A stretch of 64,000 nt of DNA, from NCBI GenBank assembly GCA_034226945.1, contig CP120456.1:124001-188000 (forward strand), read 5' to 3'. This stretch comes from Picochlorum sp. SENEW3 (lineage: Eukaryota). The translations under genes and the position numbers were made by a program. The notes under the pieces were generated by a model. That model did not search any database and had not been told where the DNA came from. It worked only from the letters and a program-made list of their open reading frames with translations. Shown here one piece after another: positions 51,517 to 63,250 of the stretch. How positions within the stretch are numbered: position 1 is the first letter of the stretch; each line of letters opens with the position of its first letter.

Positions 51517-54331
51517 TTATGATGGGGCTCCCAGGTATGCAGAGAGTCTCAAGAGATCACTGAATACGCCACCGGCCGTGACAGCAGCACCAGCGCCAGG
51601 ACCACGAATGATCAAAGGTTGTTCATTGTACCTTTCCGTGGTAAAGGAGATGATGTTGTCACTTCCGCTAAGCTGGGCAAATGGATGATCTTTTGGATAA
51701 CGTCTCAATTCCACGCTACCCGATTTATTCACTGGATCTACGACTCCAACAAATCTGAGGCATTCTCCAGCTTGTTCTGCCTCGTCGAGGAGTTTCTGCA
51801 TGTCTCCATCAAAGTCTGGGAGTCTTTCGATATACTCTGCTGCAGAGGAGCACGATTGCAGGGGCTCAGGTACCAAAGATTGGATGGGCACCTTTTCTAA
51901 TTCCAAATCAAGTCCACATTCTCGCGCCAAAATCGTCACTTTTCTGGCAACATCCATACCAGCCAAGTCATCGCGTGGATCTGGCTCAGTATATCCTGCT
52001 TCTTTGGCTGCTATGACCACCTCACTGAATGTGCGGGAATCAGTCCCAAAGGTGTTGAAAATGTAGGATAATGTGCCTGAGAATATTCCTTCAATCCTTC
52101 TGACTTTGTCACCTGATCCGACAAGATGCTGTAATGTGGCAATGACTGGGAGGCCAGCACCTACTGTTCCCTCGTAGAAGAAATGTGTGTATGATGACCT
52201 CTGGTATGCCTTCAGGGCTTGGTACTGAGCCAAGTCTCCCGAGTTCAACTTTTTATTTGGTGTGATCACATTCACTCCTTTTTTCATCCAGTTGAGGTAC
52301 TGTTTTGGTGGTTCGTCTGATGCTGTGCAATCCAGGATCACTGTGTTTGGAACTGAATTCCTTGACAAATGACTTGAAAATGCATCATAATCTAGTGGCT
52401 CGGACTTGGTATCCAAACCCTCCTTCCAAGCATCCAAATCAATACCTGTATCACTGAGAACCATCTTCTTTGAGGTAGCAATGCCAAGAATACGAATATC
52501 AACATGATATTCTTCTGTCAACTTTTGGCTCTGCTCCTTCAGTTGGGACAAGAATGTTGAGCCAATCAAACCTGGGCCCACAAGACCAACTCCAATTGGA
52601 AGAGATTTTTCATAGAATCTGCTGTGAACTGCACGAAGAGCTCTGACAGCATCCTCCTGGCTGACCAAACATGTCACGTTGTACTCTGAGCTTCCCTGGG
52701 CAATGGCCTTGACATTCACATTGGCCTTTGCCAGGGCAGAGAAAAAGGTTGCAGACACTCCAGGCTTGTTGGCCATACCATGACCAACTGCAGATAAGAC
52801 GCAGCAGTTTTCTTCTGCATCAATGCTTTGGATTCTACCCGAAGAAATCGCATCGGCAAATCTATTGCGCAATGCCTTGACAGCACCCTTGGCATCAGCT
52901 TCACGCACTGCAAAAGAAACACTGTGCTCCGATGATGCCTGAGAAATCATGATGGCATTGATATTGGCATCCCTAATGCATGAAAAAATAGCAGCTGCTG
53001 TACCAGGAACACCAATCATGCCTGCTCCTTCTACGTTAACAAGGGCAACGTTCTGAATGGAAGCAATACCTTTGACGCCAGAGCTTCCTGAGGAAGCATC
53101 CTCCTTGAATTCACGGCTAATCTCTGAGCCCTTTGCGTCTCTGTTGAAAAAGTTCCTTGTATTAATAGGGATATTGAATCGCATAGCAGGAATAGTAGTC
53201 CTTGGATGCAAAACTTGAGCCCCAAAGTATGACAATTCCCACGCCTCATTGTATGTCAAATGATCCAGGCAGACAGCATCACTCACAACTCTTGGGTCGG
53301 CCGAGTATACTCCATCAACATCCGACCATATAGTAATCTTTCCGCTCCTGAACAAGGCACCCATGATTGTTGCAGAGTAGTCTGATCCATTCCTCTTGAG
53401 GGTGGTAACCTGCCCTGCAGGAGTCTTGGCAATAAACCCTGTCGCGATGATCACGTCAGGAACTCCATGCTTGCCACACCAAGTATCCAAGTTAGCGTCT
53501 GATTTATTGTAGTGGACGTCCACGGACAACCCATCAGTTGTTGGGGACACAACTAAAACATCGCGTGCGTCCATGAAACAAGCATTCAGACCCAATTGAC
53601 GACAACGAGCTGTCAACAGTCTCGCACACCACAGCTCTCCATGACCAACAATAAACTCTTCATAAGCCTCTGTTGAGATACCAGCGATAGCAATAGCCTT
53701 GAGCATGGAGGTCAGGTCCTGGATATCCGTGTACAGGCCCTTTAAAAATGCATCCAGCTCATCTCCCTTGCCCAACAGAGCTGTTGCAGCATCAACATGC
53801 TTTTCTTTCAACTTTTCTAAATCCTCCACAAAAGACTGATCCTGCTTGGACGACTTGACAGTCATATTAATAAGCAAATCAGTGACTTTGGTAGGAGATG
53901 ATGGGTGACTCCCCATTGCACTCACCACCGCCACCCTGCTCGTGGCCTCTCCATCATCCCTCAAAAATTCAGCAATCTCATTGATTCTATCAGATGTCGC
54001 CACACATGTTCCTCCGAATTTATGCACCTGCAAAACCATGAAAAAGGCTTGCTTGCAAGTACCTCACACCCACAACCAAACGATGACATACCTGCCAATG
54101 AGATCCTCTTGGGCACACTGCTGAAGAATTCTCACCAGATGGAGTTGCAATAGCTGCACGTACTAGGACCGCATCCCTCAGTCTTCTCTGGTTGCGATGG
54201 CTGCCGGCACCTTTTCTCAGCCCACCCTGAAGCACCACATTTGGCCTGAAACAGACCACAGTATTCACATCTTTCTTTTTTCTCGCTGATGAATGCACAA
54301 GTGTGCTATTCAAGCAACGAGCGAGCAACAT
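51517..54331 (-). CDS. AK-HSDH: Plastid bifunctional aspartokinase/homoserine dehydrogenase; exons 54331-54092 and 54027-51517
   Basis: Transit-peptide exon, WQ|VHKFGGT, RNGSDYSA, DVDGVYSADPR, two ACT domains, GPGLIG and GYTEPDPRDDL. Confidence 0.96.
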
Positions 54332-54571
54332 GATAAAGCCTCAGTATACTCTGTTCGTGGAGTCGACTCAAGACGTCTTTCAATACTCGATGGATTCCTC
54401 CTCTTTCGCTGCAAAATAATACTTTAGTTATAATTGAGTGCAATGCATTGTCCCTGTTTATTCACAAAGGATGGTTTTCCCATGAAGAGGGCATGGGCCT
54501 CCCAATCCCCCTCAAGGGTGATGTCATCGGTGTATTACAATAGATGTAGTGTGAGGATTCATTCATATACA

Positions 54572-55498
54572 TCATTCACTCAGATGCTTCCTTTCATTCG
54601 CAATCAACCATGCAGCATACAAGGCCAACGCCCCGTACAATGAATCCAACCCCAGCGATGGGCCATTCTCATTGATCAACACGTCAAACAGAATCTCAGC
54701 CACCAGAATGGCCCCCAAGGCGGCGAAAATATACAACCGTGCCGGCGATGTTGCTTCTTTTTTCGCAGGCTCGATGACTCTTCTCCTGGACTGTCGACGC
54801 GCGTCCTGATCGACAATGTCATCATCATCATCATCATCATCCTTTTCATATTGATACAAGTTGCCGAAAAACTGCCCCTCATTTCGCCCGTCTACCATAT
54901 CCCTTTCCCAATCCTTGAACTCTCTAGATTCCTGCTCCATAGCTTCCCTCCGTTTCCTCAATTTTCTCTCATACTTGTCCGCCTCTCTCTGTATATCAGC
55001 CAGGGCTGAATCAAATGCCAAATCTCCTCTCAGTTTTGCCAATTCTGCAGCTCTATCCATCTCCTCCTTGGCATCCTCTGCCAACGCCCTGAGCTTATTA
55101 CTGCTATCTTCCACATGCTCGTCCAAATTTCTCTTGGCACTGATTTCGAAATTCAGGGATTTGACCAAATCTTCTTGTACTGATGATGATGGAGTGGAAT
55201 CAGGCTTGTCATCATCATCCTCTGGGTTCTCATCACCCGAAGACAGTGACGATATCGACCAATCTCTCCAATACCGATGATACCCAAGATTTGTCACATT
55301 AGATACTGCAGGAGGGATACTCTGTGATCCATGATGGGAGAATATGGTACGTTTCCTGTCAAACGTGGGCACCACTTCAGTCCTCCATTGTAGCAAGCCA
55401 TTCAGTGCCCTTCTGTTCCCAGTTGCCCTAGAATTCTGCCTGATGACTATTATGTCTGATACCGTAGAATTGGAGGGTGAGACAAGAGGTGAAGCCAT
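54572..55498 (-). CDS. Hypothetical, probably organelle-targeted protein with coiled coil, poly-Asp run and two C-terminal TM helices
   Basis: 308-aa ORF with a Ser/Arg-rich N-terminus and a hydrophobic C-terminal pair. Confidence 0.7.
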   Translation of the reverse strand: MASPLVSPSNSTVSDIIVIRQNSRATGNRRALNGLLQWRTEVVPTFDRKRTIFSHHGSQSIPPAVSNVTNLGYHRYWRDWSISSLSSGDENPEDDDDKPDSTPSSSVQEDLVKSLNFEISAKRNLDEHVEDSSNKLRALAEDAKEEMDRAAELAKLRGDLAFDSALADIQREADKYERKLRKRREAMEQESREFKDWERDMVDGRNEGQFFGNLYQYEKDDDDDDDDIVDQDARRQSRRRVIEPAKKEATSPARLYIFAALGAILVAEILFDVLINENGPSLGLDSLYGALALYAAWLIANERKHLSE

Positions 55499-55743
55499 TC
55501 TGAAGACAATGAAATGATTTTTTTGGTCCAGAGGGAAAAACCGAGTCTATCAATTTGACGTTAAAATATTGGTCACTTCTTCATAGCATGGTGAATATCG
55601 AGATATTCTTTATTTGAAAATCTACGAGGAGAGCGTCATTTGGCCCTGTTGGCAACCCGAGTATTTTATATTCTAAATGTCGGAATTTTGAGACACTGTG
55701 TAACGTCCCCTCTCTCGCTGATAACGAATCGATCGAAATTGAT

Positions 55744-58515
55744 ATGGGTTCTCTCGGATGGAAAAAGTTTGACTTTTTCGATTCATCTGTGGTGCATGCG
55801 AGTACTGGTCGCAAGGGTGGAGGAGAGTCGAAGTCAGTCCAACATGGCTGGAATTCTTCAGAAGGCGAGCGACTGTGTACTGTTGAGCGCCTGGTGGCTG
55901 ATGAAACGAACGATGGATATTTTTGGGTGGGTTCAACCACGGGCATGGTGTATAGGATGCACGTCGAGAGTCGGTTTGAAGCGCATAGTGAATATGGGAT
56001 TGATAAAGCATTTCCGGTCCTGGAGGAGGAAGGAGCCCGTGTGGTGTATTTAGAACACATACGTCCAGTTAATACAGAGTTGCTTGTTGCTGTCGGGGTG
56101 CATGATGGGGATCCTCGTATGGAGTTTTTATGTTGGGAGGTGGAGAATTTTGCTGTGGTTCCCAAGCAGGTTGTGTCTTCTCGGGTGTTTCGATCTGTCA
56201 AGGTGCCAGAAGGACGCATCACGTGTGTTGATGTGGAATGTGGTGGATGGCCACATGTGTACATCACAATTGGAACGAGCCTAGGAGGGGTGTATGTGTA
56301 CTCGTGTGCGGATGTTACCAAAAAGGGCATGGCATTTCAAATGCCCTTTGGGCATCATGTGATTAAAGGTGGCCACGAGGTGGTCGATGTTCATATGATC
56401 AAAAAGGGTACAGATGAAGTATATGTGTATGGAGTGTCTGGCAGTGGGGTGGTTGGGATTGATGTGTTGACTGGGAGGGTGCTGATGGAAGATGATATCC
56501 AGGCTTGTCCAGAATGCTCTGATGTGAACCAGATGGGAGAATTGGTCATGTGCAATACTGATGGTATTTTCTTCTATGATATACATGATGGGAGAACTGT
56601 TGCGGCTTCTATCAAGGGAGAAAAGGAGAAGATGGTGTGTTTTGGTGAGTATGTGCTTGTGTGCTTTTCAGAAGAAAGCATGGTGAAGATGTTGCATGTG
56701 CAGCGAAAGATTGTTGCATGCAGCATGCAGCTTGATGCACCTGTACGAGTATTATTTAGACAGAATATAGATGATAGGGAATGTTTGATCCTGATGGATG
56801 GGAATGAGCAGATGCATAGGGTGTTGGAAAGGAGTCCAGAGAGCCAGATTGATGCCCTGTGTAACAGCAGGTGTTTCACTCAGGCACTTCGTATGTGTGA
56901 GGGGCGTGGGGAGGCGCTACAGGCGGAAGCTAATCGACGACATGGAGATTATTTGTTCGAGAAGCGCGACTTTGACGCCGCGACTGAGGCGTATATTCGA
57001 ACGATTGGGTTTCTTGAGACGTCATACCCTATCCAGAAGTTGCTCAATGCACAGCAAATACATAATTTATGTACTTATGTTCGGGCGGTGTTCGATAAAA
57101 AAATGGCATCCGGGGATCATATCTCGTTATTGATACAGTCGTATGCTAAAGCAAAGGCGACTTTGGAAATTGATTCATTCGTGGCTGAGCTGTGTGCCAT
57201 GCACAGAGAGTATACGTTTGACACAGATGCAGCAATTGGAGTCCTAAGGGATAATGGTCTTGTGCAGCATGCGCTAGATATTGCTCAGGCGTATAACAAG
57301 GATGAAATGTATGTCTCGATTGTTTTGAATGAGCGGGAAGGATTTAAGGATGTCCTTGATTATCTTCGGTCAAAACCAAGGGAATTTGCAGCCAAGGAGT
57401 TGGCGCATCATGGAAAAGTATTGTTGCAGAAAGAGCCGGTTGATACCACTGCTTTGCTAATGGAACTATGTTTACCTCCAGAGGGGGGCTCAAAGGATAC
57501 CTTTATTGCGGATTTGGCAAGCTTTTCACAATTGTATATTGACAATCCCCAAGATTTGAGATATGCGTGTGAAGCCATATTGGCCATGGGAAACCTCGAT
57601 TTGCCTTCTAAAAAGAGTTTGTATCATAATCTGTTTGATATCTATTTGAGCTCAGATCGATGTGACGCAGATATGGATGTCGCTATGGATTTGTTAAAGC
57701 GAGGGTGGGTGCCAGGACATGAGCCAGAGTATGATGCTGATGTTGTTCTTACAAGTTGTCGACTCCATGGCTTCCATAAAGGCCTGATATTCATAAACTT
57801 GATGTTACATCGCTATAGAGAAGCTATTGCTGTCATGGCAGAAATTCATGACTGGCGTGGTATCGTGCAAACCTGTCAAAAGCATGGCGATGCATCACAA
57901 GGAGGTGATCCAATGGTGTGGCATGATGCACTTGTGCGGATGGCATCACCTGCTGCAGGGCCTGGAGGAGAAGAGACACTCAAGACGCTTTTGGAGCTGG
58001 TCGAAGAGAATGCTATTCTACCTCCTTTGACAGTGTTGAACGTGTTGGCAAAGAATCCTCATCTAAAATTAGGCCTGGTGAAACAATACTTTGCCAATCT
58101 TTTCGAGTCTGAGTATGAATGTATCAAAGAGTACGAGAAGGAGATTGAGCAAATACGGAAGAACATAGAATCACAGGAACGTCTCCTGCATCAACTAGAG
58201 AATGAGCCAACTGTGTTTCAGGCAACAAAAGATTCTCAAACGGGTGCACCTCTTGAGCTGCCTCTTGTTCATTTCATGTGTGGACATTCTTTCAATATGA
58301 GGACACTGGGTGATCAGGACGAACCAGAGTGTCCCTTATGCTCAGAGGACCATACGCGAATTCAGGAAATGACAAAGAGCTTCAGGGCAGCATCTCAAGA
58401 CAAGGATTCATTCTTCAGGCAGCTCAGGGCTGCCGACGACGGCTTCCATTTTGTTGCCGAGGCATTCGGCAAAGGGTATCTCAACCATTGCGATGAATCC
58501 ACCAATTCCATGTAA
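55744..58515 (+). CDS. VPS11: Vacuolar protein sorting 11 (HOPS/CORVET)
   Basis: N-terminal WKKFDFFD, HGDYLFEK..F..A...YIRTIGFLE, clathrin-like repeat and C-terminal LPLVHFMCGHSF...ECPLC. Confidence 0.92.
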   Translation: MGSLGWKKFDFFDSSVVHASTGRKGGGESKSVQHGWNSSEGERLCTVERLVADETNDGYFWVGSTTGMVYRMHVESRFEAHSEYGIDKAFPVLEEEGARVVYLEHIRPVNTELLVAVGVHDGDPRMEFLCWEVENFAVVPKQVVSSRVFRSVKVPEGRITCVDVECGGWPHVYITIGTSLGGVYVYSCADVTKKGMAFQMPFGHHVIKGGHEVVDVHMIKKGTDEVYVYGVSGSGVVGIDVLTGRVLMEDDIQACPECSDVNQMGELVMCNTDGIFFYDIHDGRTVAASIKGEKEKMVCFGEYVLVCFSEESMVKMLHVQRKIVACSMQLDAPVRVLFRQNIDDRECLILMDGNEQMHRVLERSPESQIDALCNSRCFTQALRMCEGRGEALQAEANRRHGDYLFEKRDFDAATEAYIRTIGFLETSYPIQKLLNAQQIHNLCTYVRAVFDKKMASGDHISLLIQSYAKAKATLEIDSFVAELCAMHREYTFDTDAAIGVLRDNGLVQHALDIAQAYNKDEMYVSIVLNEREGFKDVLDYLRSKPREFAAKELAHHGKVLLQKEPVDTTALLMELCLPPEGGSKDTFIADLASFSQLYIDNPQDLRYACEAILAMGNLDLPSKKSLYHNLFDIYLSSDRCDADMDVAMDLLKRGWVPGHEPEYDADVVLTSCRLHGFHKGLIFINLMLHRYREAIAVMAEIHDWRGIVQTCQKHGDASQGGDPMVWHDALVRMASPAAGPGGEETLKTLLELVEENAILPPLTVLNVLAKNPHLKLGLVKQYFANLFESEYECIKEYEKEIEQIRKNIESQERLLHQLENEPTVFQATKDSQTGAPLELPLVHFMCGHSFNMRTLGDQDEPECPLCSEDHTRIQEMTKSFRAASQDKDSFFRQLRAADDGFHFVAEAFGKGYLNHCDESTNSM

Positions 58516-58661
58516 CAACACTGACCACGTGCCCATTCGTGAAGGCCACAAAACCAGCTATGCTGATGCTCTCTCCTGGGAAGGAGAATGGTCAGATTCC
58601 TGATCTTGATCTGCACACGCACATTGCCATCCGCATTGCATCCAAATGTTTATAAAACATA

Positions 58662-60050
58662 ATGAGAGAAACAGAATGGAGTGACGAGTCCAAACGATGG
58701 ACATTTGGTACGCTAAAAGAGGTCGTCTCTGAAGTGCCAAAAGGACCTGACACAATTGCGCTGCATGGCGGATTGCCTCCAGAGGAAAGCTTTCCGATTC
58801 AGTCAATTAAAATTAAATTATATAATGATGAAATCGTGGAAATTCCGGCGTCAATGAGCCAGCAGCAGTACAATATCAATGCGTATGGTTACGAGCCTCT
58901 GAGAGCCTGGTGTCAGGACCACACAAAGAGCCAGCATACATGTTGCAGTATGCACCGCACCATGGTGACAGATAGCACAACGCATGCATTAGACGTAGTT
59001 ACATCTCTTCTTTTGAATCCCGGCGATGCGATTTTGATTGAAGAATTCACATATTCCCATTTCATTGACTGCACAGTGGACAGGAAAGAATATCAGTCTT
59101 TGGCAGTTCCAATGGACAATGACGGCATTATTCCCGACGAATTGGAGCGCATCATAGAAAAGCAATTGAGCTCAAAAGTTAATGGCACGGAATGCAATGG
59201 AGTGCATTCGCGGGCCATTCCAAAGGTGTTGTATCTCATTCCGACTGCCCAGAACCCAACAGGTGGGTCACTTCCAAAGGATAGGCGAGCAGATATATAT
59301 CGAATATGCCAAAAGTATGACATCTACATCATCGAAGATGATCCATATTACTATCTCCAGTATGCATTAGACGAATCAGAGCTAGCCCAACCGGGATTAA
59401 GCGGACTCGAGTCCCATAGCCTGCTCCCATTGGATGAGGATGGACGAGTCATCCGCCTTGATTCTTTTGCCAAATTCCTAGCACCTGGTTTTCGTCTCGG
59501 TTGGGCGACTGCATCCGAACGTATCATTGAAAAACTGGCAATGCAAATTCAATCAGAGACGCTCGGAGGCAATATGATGAGTCAAAGCATTGTTGCTGCC
59601 ATGATGGAGCATTGGGGATACCATGGCTTGGAAGCATATGTGAGAAGAATGCAGAAACTCTACTCGGACAAGGCAGCACTGACACTTCATTCTTTAGAAA
59701 AGCATATGAAAGACCTTGCTGAATGGAGAATACCGACGGGAGGCATGTTCATGGTACGTTCTTATTCTTTTTCACACATGATTGATGATGACACACCATT
59801 TTGATTCACCAAACATTGTCCTATGCAGTGGCTCAAACTCCTCCATGTTTCCGATGCACACGATGTATTCATCTCACTCCGTAAACAGGGCATCATAGTT
59901 CTCCCAGGATATATATCACAAGTAGAGAAGTACCGCGACGGTAATCGCATTCCCTGTCCCTACATTCGTATATCATTCAGCCACGCATCCCATGCTGCAC
60001 TTCAGCATGGCATTGAGAGAATGAGTTCCATTCTCCGCTCACACCAATAA
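58662..60050 (+). CDS. PLP aminotransferase class I/II, AADAT/Aro8-like; exons 58662-59753 and 59829-60050
   Basis: LHGGLP, AQNPTG, IIEDDPYYYL, DSFAKFLAPGFRLGW, GGMFM|WLK and YIRISFS. Confidence 0.9.
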
Positions 60051-60113
60051 ATAAAACAACACATATTTATTTTTCTAATAAATTGTTACACAAACAATTA
60101 TTCAAACAAAATT

Positions 60114-61201
60114 TTACTGGGCATTTGCAGTAGCCATGAGCTCATTTCCAATCTTATCGAGCTGTCCCTTGACAGACAGATCAATCTGAGAGGATCCCCA
60201 TTCTACAACAAATCCAGCAACAAGGCTCTCATCAACGACTGGCTTGATCTTAACATTCTTAGACTTGGTAAGCTCCTGAAGCTTCTTGGCAATAAGGAAC
60301 TGCTGCTCCTGCTCCAGCTTGACAGCAGAGCGGAGGACGGCAACCTGTGTATCAGTCAACTCGCAGTACTTGCTCTCGAAAGCATCGCACACCTCAACAA
60401 TAGCATCAATACGTCCCTGATCGATCAAAATGTTCAGGAAGTTGACAGTATACTTGTTGAATCCAGACTCGGATGCCATCTGGGCAATCATCTGCTTCTT
60501 CTTGTCCTCTGGAATGGTAGGGTTGGCCAAGAACTCCTTGATATCCTGGCTATCCTTCATCACAGTGCTAATAGCATCAATATCAGCATGGACGGCATCA
60601 AGAGCTCCATTTCCCTGGGCAGTGCTCAACAGAGCATTGGCATAGGCAGTTCCAACAGCTTCATATTCGATCTGGACACACACAACACACATGATCAGCA
60701 TCACGCAGCATGAAGAACACAATAGAGTTTATGAATGGAGCCCAAATACATCCATCAACGTGCTATATGGCTGTGTTTGGAAGGTACCCTATCTGGCAGC
60801 ACAGACGCCGGCCTGCTGATTGCAGCAACAATGAACTCTCCCATTCGTCCATCACAGCTCCCATGAATGCCCAAATTTCTCTTCAAATTTATTTTTTTGG
60901 GTATCGCGGTGTTGCAAACGCATGATCGACTCGGATGAAACTATTCTGAGCAATCCAAAACTGGCGCTGCCTCGCCGGGCTACCAAACCAACACAGAGGT
61001 CGTCCCATGGACATACATTGCCCTCCGTAGCACTCGAATATCAATAATATAATTACTCTCTCTGTCTCAGACAGGTAAACGCACCTTTGCCATGGTCACT
61101 ACCTTGTGAGCCCTACGGGCAGACATTGTGCGAGCGCGGACAGCGACTCCACGCACAAAAGCCTTGGATGGGGCAATGTGAGTTCTCATAGAAGTCTGCA
61201 T
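60114..61201 (-). CDS. ATPD: Chloroplast ATP synthase CF1 delta subunit; exons 61201-61085 and 60671-60114
   Basis: Exon 1 is a transit peptide, MQTSMRTHIAPSKAFVRGVAVRAR...VVTMAK. Exon 2 has YANAL, NFLNILID and SAVKLEQEQQFLIAKKLQELT...GFVVEWGSSQIDLSV. Confidence 0.93.
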
Positions 61202-61414
61202 TGTGTGTATTGTCTAAGAGAAGGGATGCTTCAAAAGAAATATGCCTGCATCGGAGGGGATGAGAAACGCTTATCCTCGTCGGTCGGATGGGATAGTGTC
61301 CAAAGTACTTCGGGGATCTGGAAATTCCGTAAATTAGCATTTTAGATACACGAGATGAGAGGGCGTCCTGTGGGTATGTTTCAACATACCAATAATCTTT
61401 GATCAGATACAAGT

Positions 61415-63217
61415 ATGGTCGCTGTGGGAATCAGAGCGTGTTCCTGTATAGAGATGCGGCTGGGAAATCAAGCACACTGGCCACAGAGGGGAGTTTTGTA
61501 TACCGATATACTAAGAAGCTTGTCGATCGGCATTGGTGGTGCTATACGAGTACCAGAAATGTGTAGCAGAAGACTCGTACATTCGGGTATGCAGGGTCCG
61601 TCAGCAATGGTGGGACAGAGTCGTATGACTGCAGTTCATGCCCAACTTCAGGCTGCTGGATCGGAGGCTGGAGGTGTTGGTAGCGGGGTGCAAGGGACGC
61701 TTCTGTGTTCAAGTCTGACAGCATCTACCATGAAAGGGATGATTGAGGAGGCGAAGGAGGCCAAGGCTGCTGGGGCGGATTCGGTGGAGCTGAGGCTGGA
61801 TTATTTGGTGGACTTTGATGCTGGGAATGATTTAGAGGGGTTGCTGAATGCGATTGATCTGCCGTGCATTGTGACATTTAGGCCTTTGTGGGAGGGTGGA
61901 AGGTATGGAGGGGAAGAGGCGCCTCGGTTGGCTGCGTTGAAGTTGGCCATGGAGTTGGGAGCAGCGTATGTGGATGTGGAGTTCTTGGTGGCTCAGGTTT
62001 TTTTCGCCGCCTTGAAGGCAGAGAATAAAACGTACAAGACTAAAGTGATTGTTTCATCTCATGATTATGAGAATACGGCGAGCGATGAGAAATTGAGGCA
62101 GTTGGTTGCTGCTATTCGTGGAGTGGGTGCAGATATTGTAAAGTTTGCGACGACAGGAAATGATATTACGGATGCTAATAGGGTGTTGTCTATTGTCAGA
62201 GAGGCGTCGAAAGATGGTCCAGTGATTGGTTTGTGTATGGGGGAGAAGGGACAGGCGACGAGAATATTGGCACCAAAATATGGTGGGTTTTTGACATTTG
62301 GAGCATTGAGTCCTGAGCGTCAGACAGCGCCAGGGCAGCCAACAATTCATCAGTTGGTCAATCTATATAGATTGAAGGAGCAGAGCAAAGACACAAAGGT
62401 TCTTGGAATTGTGGGAAATCCTATTGGGCATAGCAAATCTCCAGCCATTCATAATGCTGCTCTCTCTCAGGGAGGCCTTGATTATGTGTATGTTCCATTG
62501 TTGGTGGATGATTTCGATGCATTTATGGAATCTCTACCGGATTCTGACTGGGTTGGACTTGGGGTAACCATCCCTCATAAAACAGCTGCGTTGGCTGCTG
62601 CAGTGGAGTCAGATGATGTTGCACGGCAGATTGGTGCAGCCAATACTCTTGTACGCTGTGAGGATGGTGGATTTAAGGCATTCAACACTGACTGGCTCGC
62701 AGCAATATCGTCGATAGAAAATGCCATGGATAAAACTTCTGGCGAGTCTCCATTGAAGGGCAAAAAGGTTGTTGTTCTTGGTGCTGGAGGTGCTGGAAGA
62801 GCTCTTGCATTTGGAGCAGCCTCGCGAGGTGCCCATGTCGTTGTCGCGAATAGAACTGTAGATAAAGCATCAGATCTTGCTCGCCAACTTAGTCCCCCAG
62901 GAGAAGGCGTGTCGTTGGCAGATTTACAGAATGGAAAGGTCCAAGGGGATGTTTTGGTGAACACAACATCAGTAGGAATGCAGCCACATGATGATCAGTC
63001 ACCCCTGCCAGAGGGTGTTACCGCAACATTCTCGGTTGTATTTGATGCCGTGTATACGCCATTGCATACCAAGCTTTTGCAGCATGCAGAGAAGGCTGGA
63101 GCAACAATAGTCACTGGAGAGAAAATGTTTGTAGGGCAGGCTGCTGAGCAATACCACTTATTCACTGGTGAACATCCTGACACAGAACTCATGACAAATA
63201 TTGTTCTTGGAAAATGA
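61415..63217 (+). CDS. Bifunctional 3-dehydroquinate dehydratase/shikimate dehydrogenase (true start may be a downstream ATG)
   Basis: VELRLD, SSHDY and DIVKFAT (type I DHQase). GHSKSPAIHN, VTIPHK, NTD, GAGGAGRA and DAVYTP (SDH). Confidence 0.95.
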   Translation: MVAVGIRACSCIEMRLGNQAHWPQRGVLYTDILRSLSIGIGGAIRVPEMCSRRLVHSGMQGPSAMVGQSRMTAVHAQLQAAGSEAGGVGSGVQGTLLCSSLTASTMKGMIEEAKEAKAAGADSVELRLDYLVDFDAGNDLEGLLNAIDLPCIVTFRPLWEGGRYGGEEAPRLAALKLAMELGAAYVDVEFLVAQVFFAALKAENKTYKTKVIVSSHDYENTASDEKLRQLVAAIRGVGADIVKFATTGNDITDANRVLSIVREASKDGPVIGLCMGEKGQATRILAPKYGGFLTFGALSPERQTAPGQPTIHQLVNLYRLKEQSKDTKVLGIVGNPIGHSKSPAIHNAALSQGGLDYVYVPLLVDDFDAFMESLPDSDWVGLGVTIPHKTAALAAAVESDDVARQIGAANTLVRCEDGGFKAFNTDWLAAISSIENAMDKTSGESPLKGKKVVVLGAGGAGRALAFGAASRGAHVVVANRTVDKASDLARQLSPPGEGVSLADLQNGKVQGDVLVNTTSVGMQPHDDQSPLPEGVTATFSVVFDAVYTPLHTKLLQHAEKAGATIVTGEKMFVGQAAEQYHLFTGEHPDTELMTNIVLGK

Positions 63218-63250
63218 CAACGTAACAATTTTTTAAATAACATTGAATAC

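Noticed and set aside
54819..54842. (TCA)n trinucleotide run
   Set aside because: It simply encodes the poly-Asp tract of the 54572-55498 protein.
51517..63217. Amino-acid metabolism cluster (AK-HSDH, aminotransferase, DHQ-SDH)
   Set aside because: They belong to different pathways and are interleaved with unrelated genes. Both bifunctional fusions are standard in green plants.
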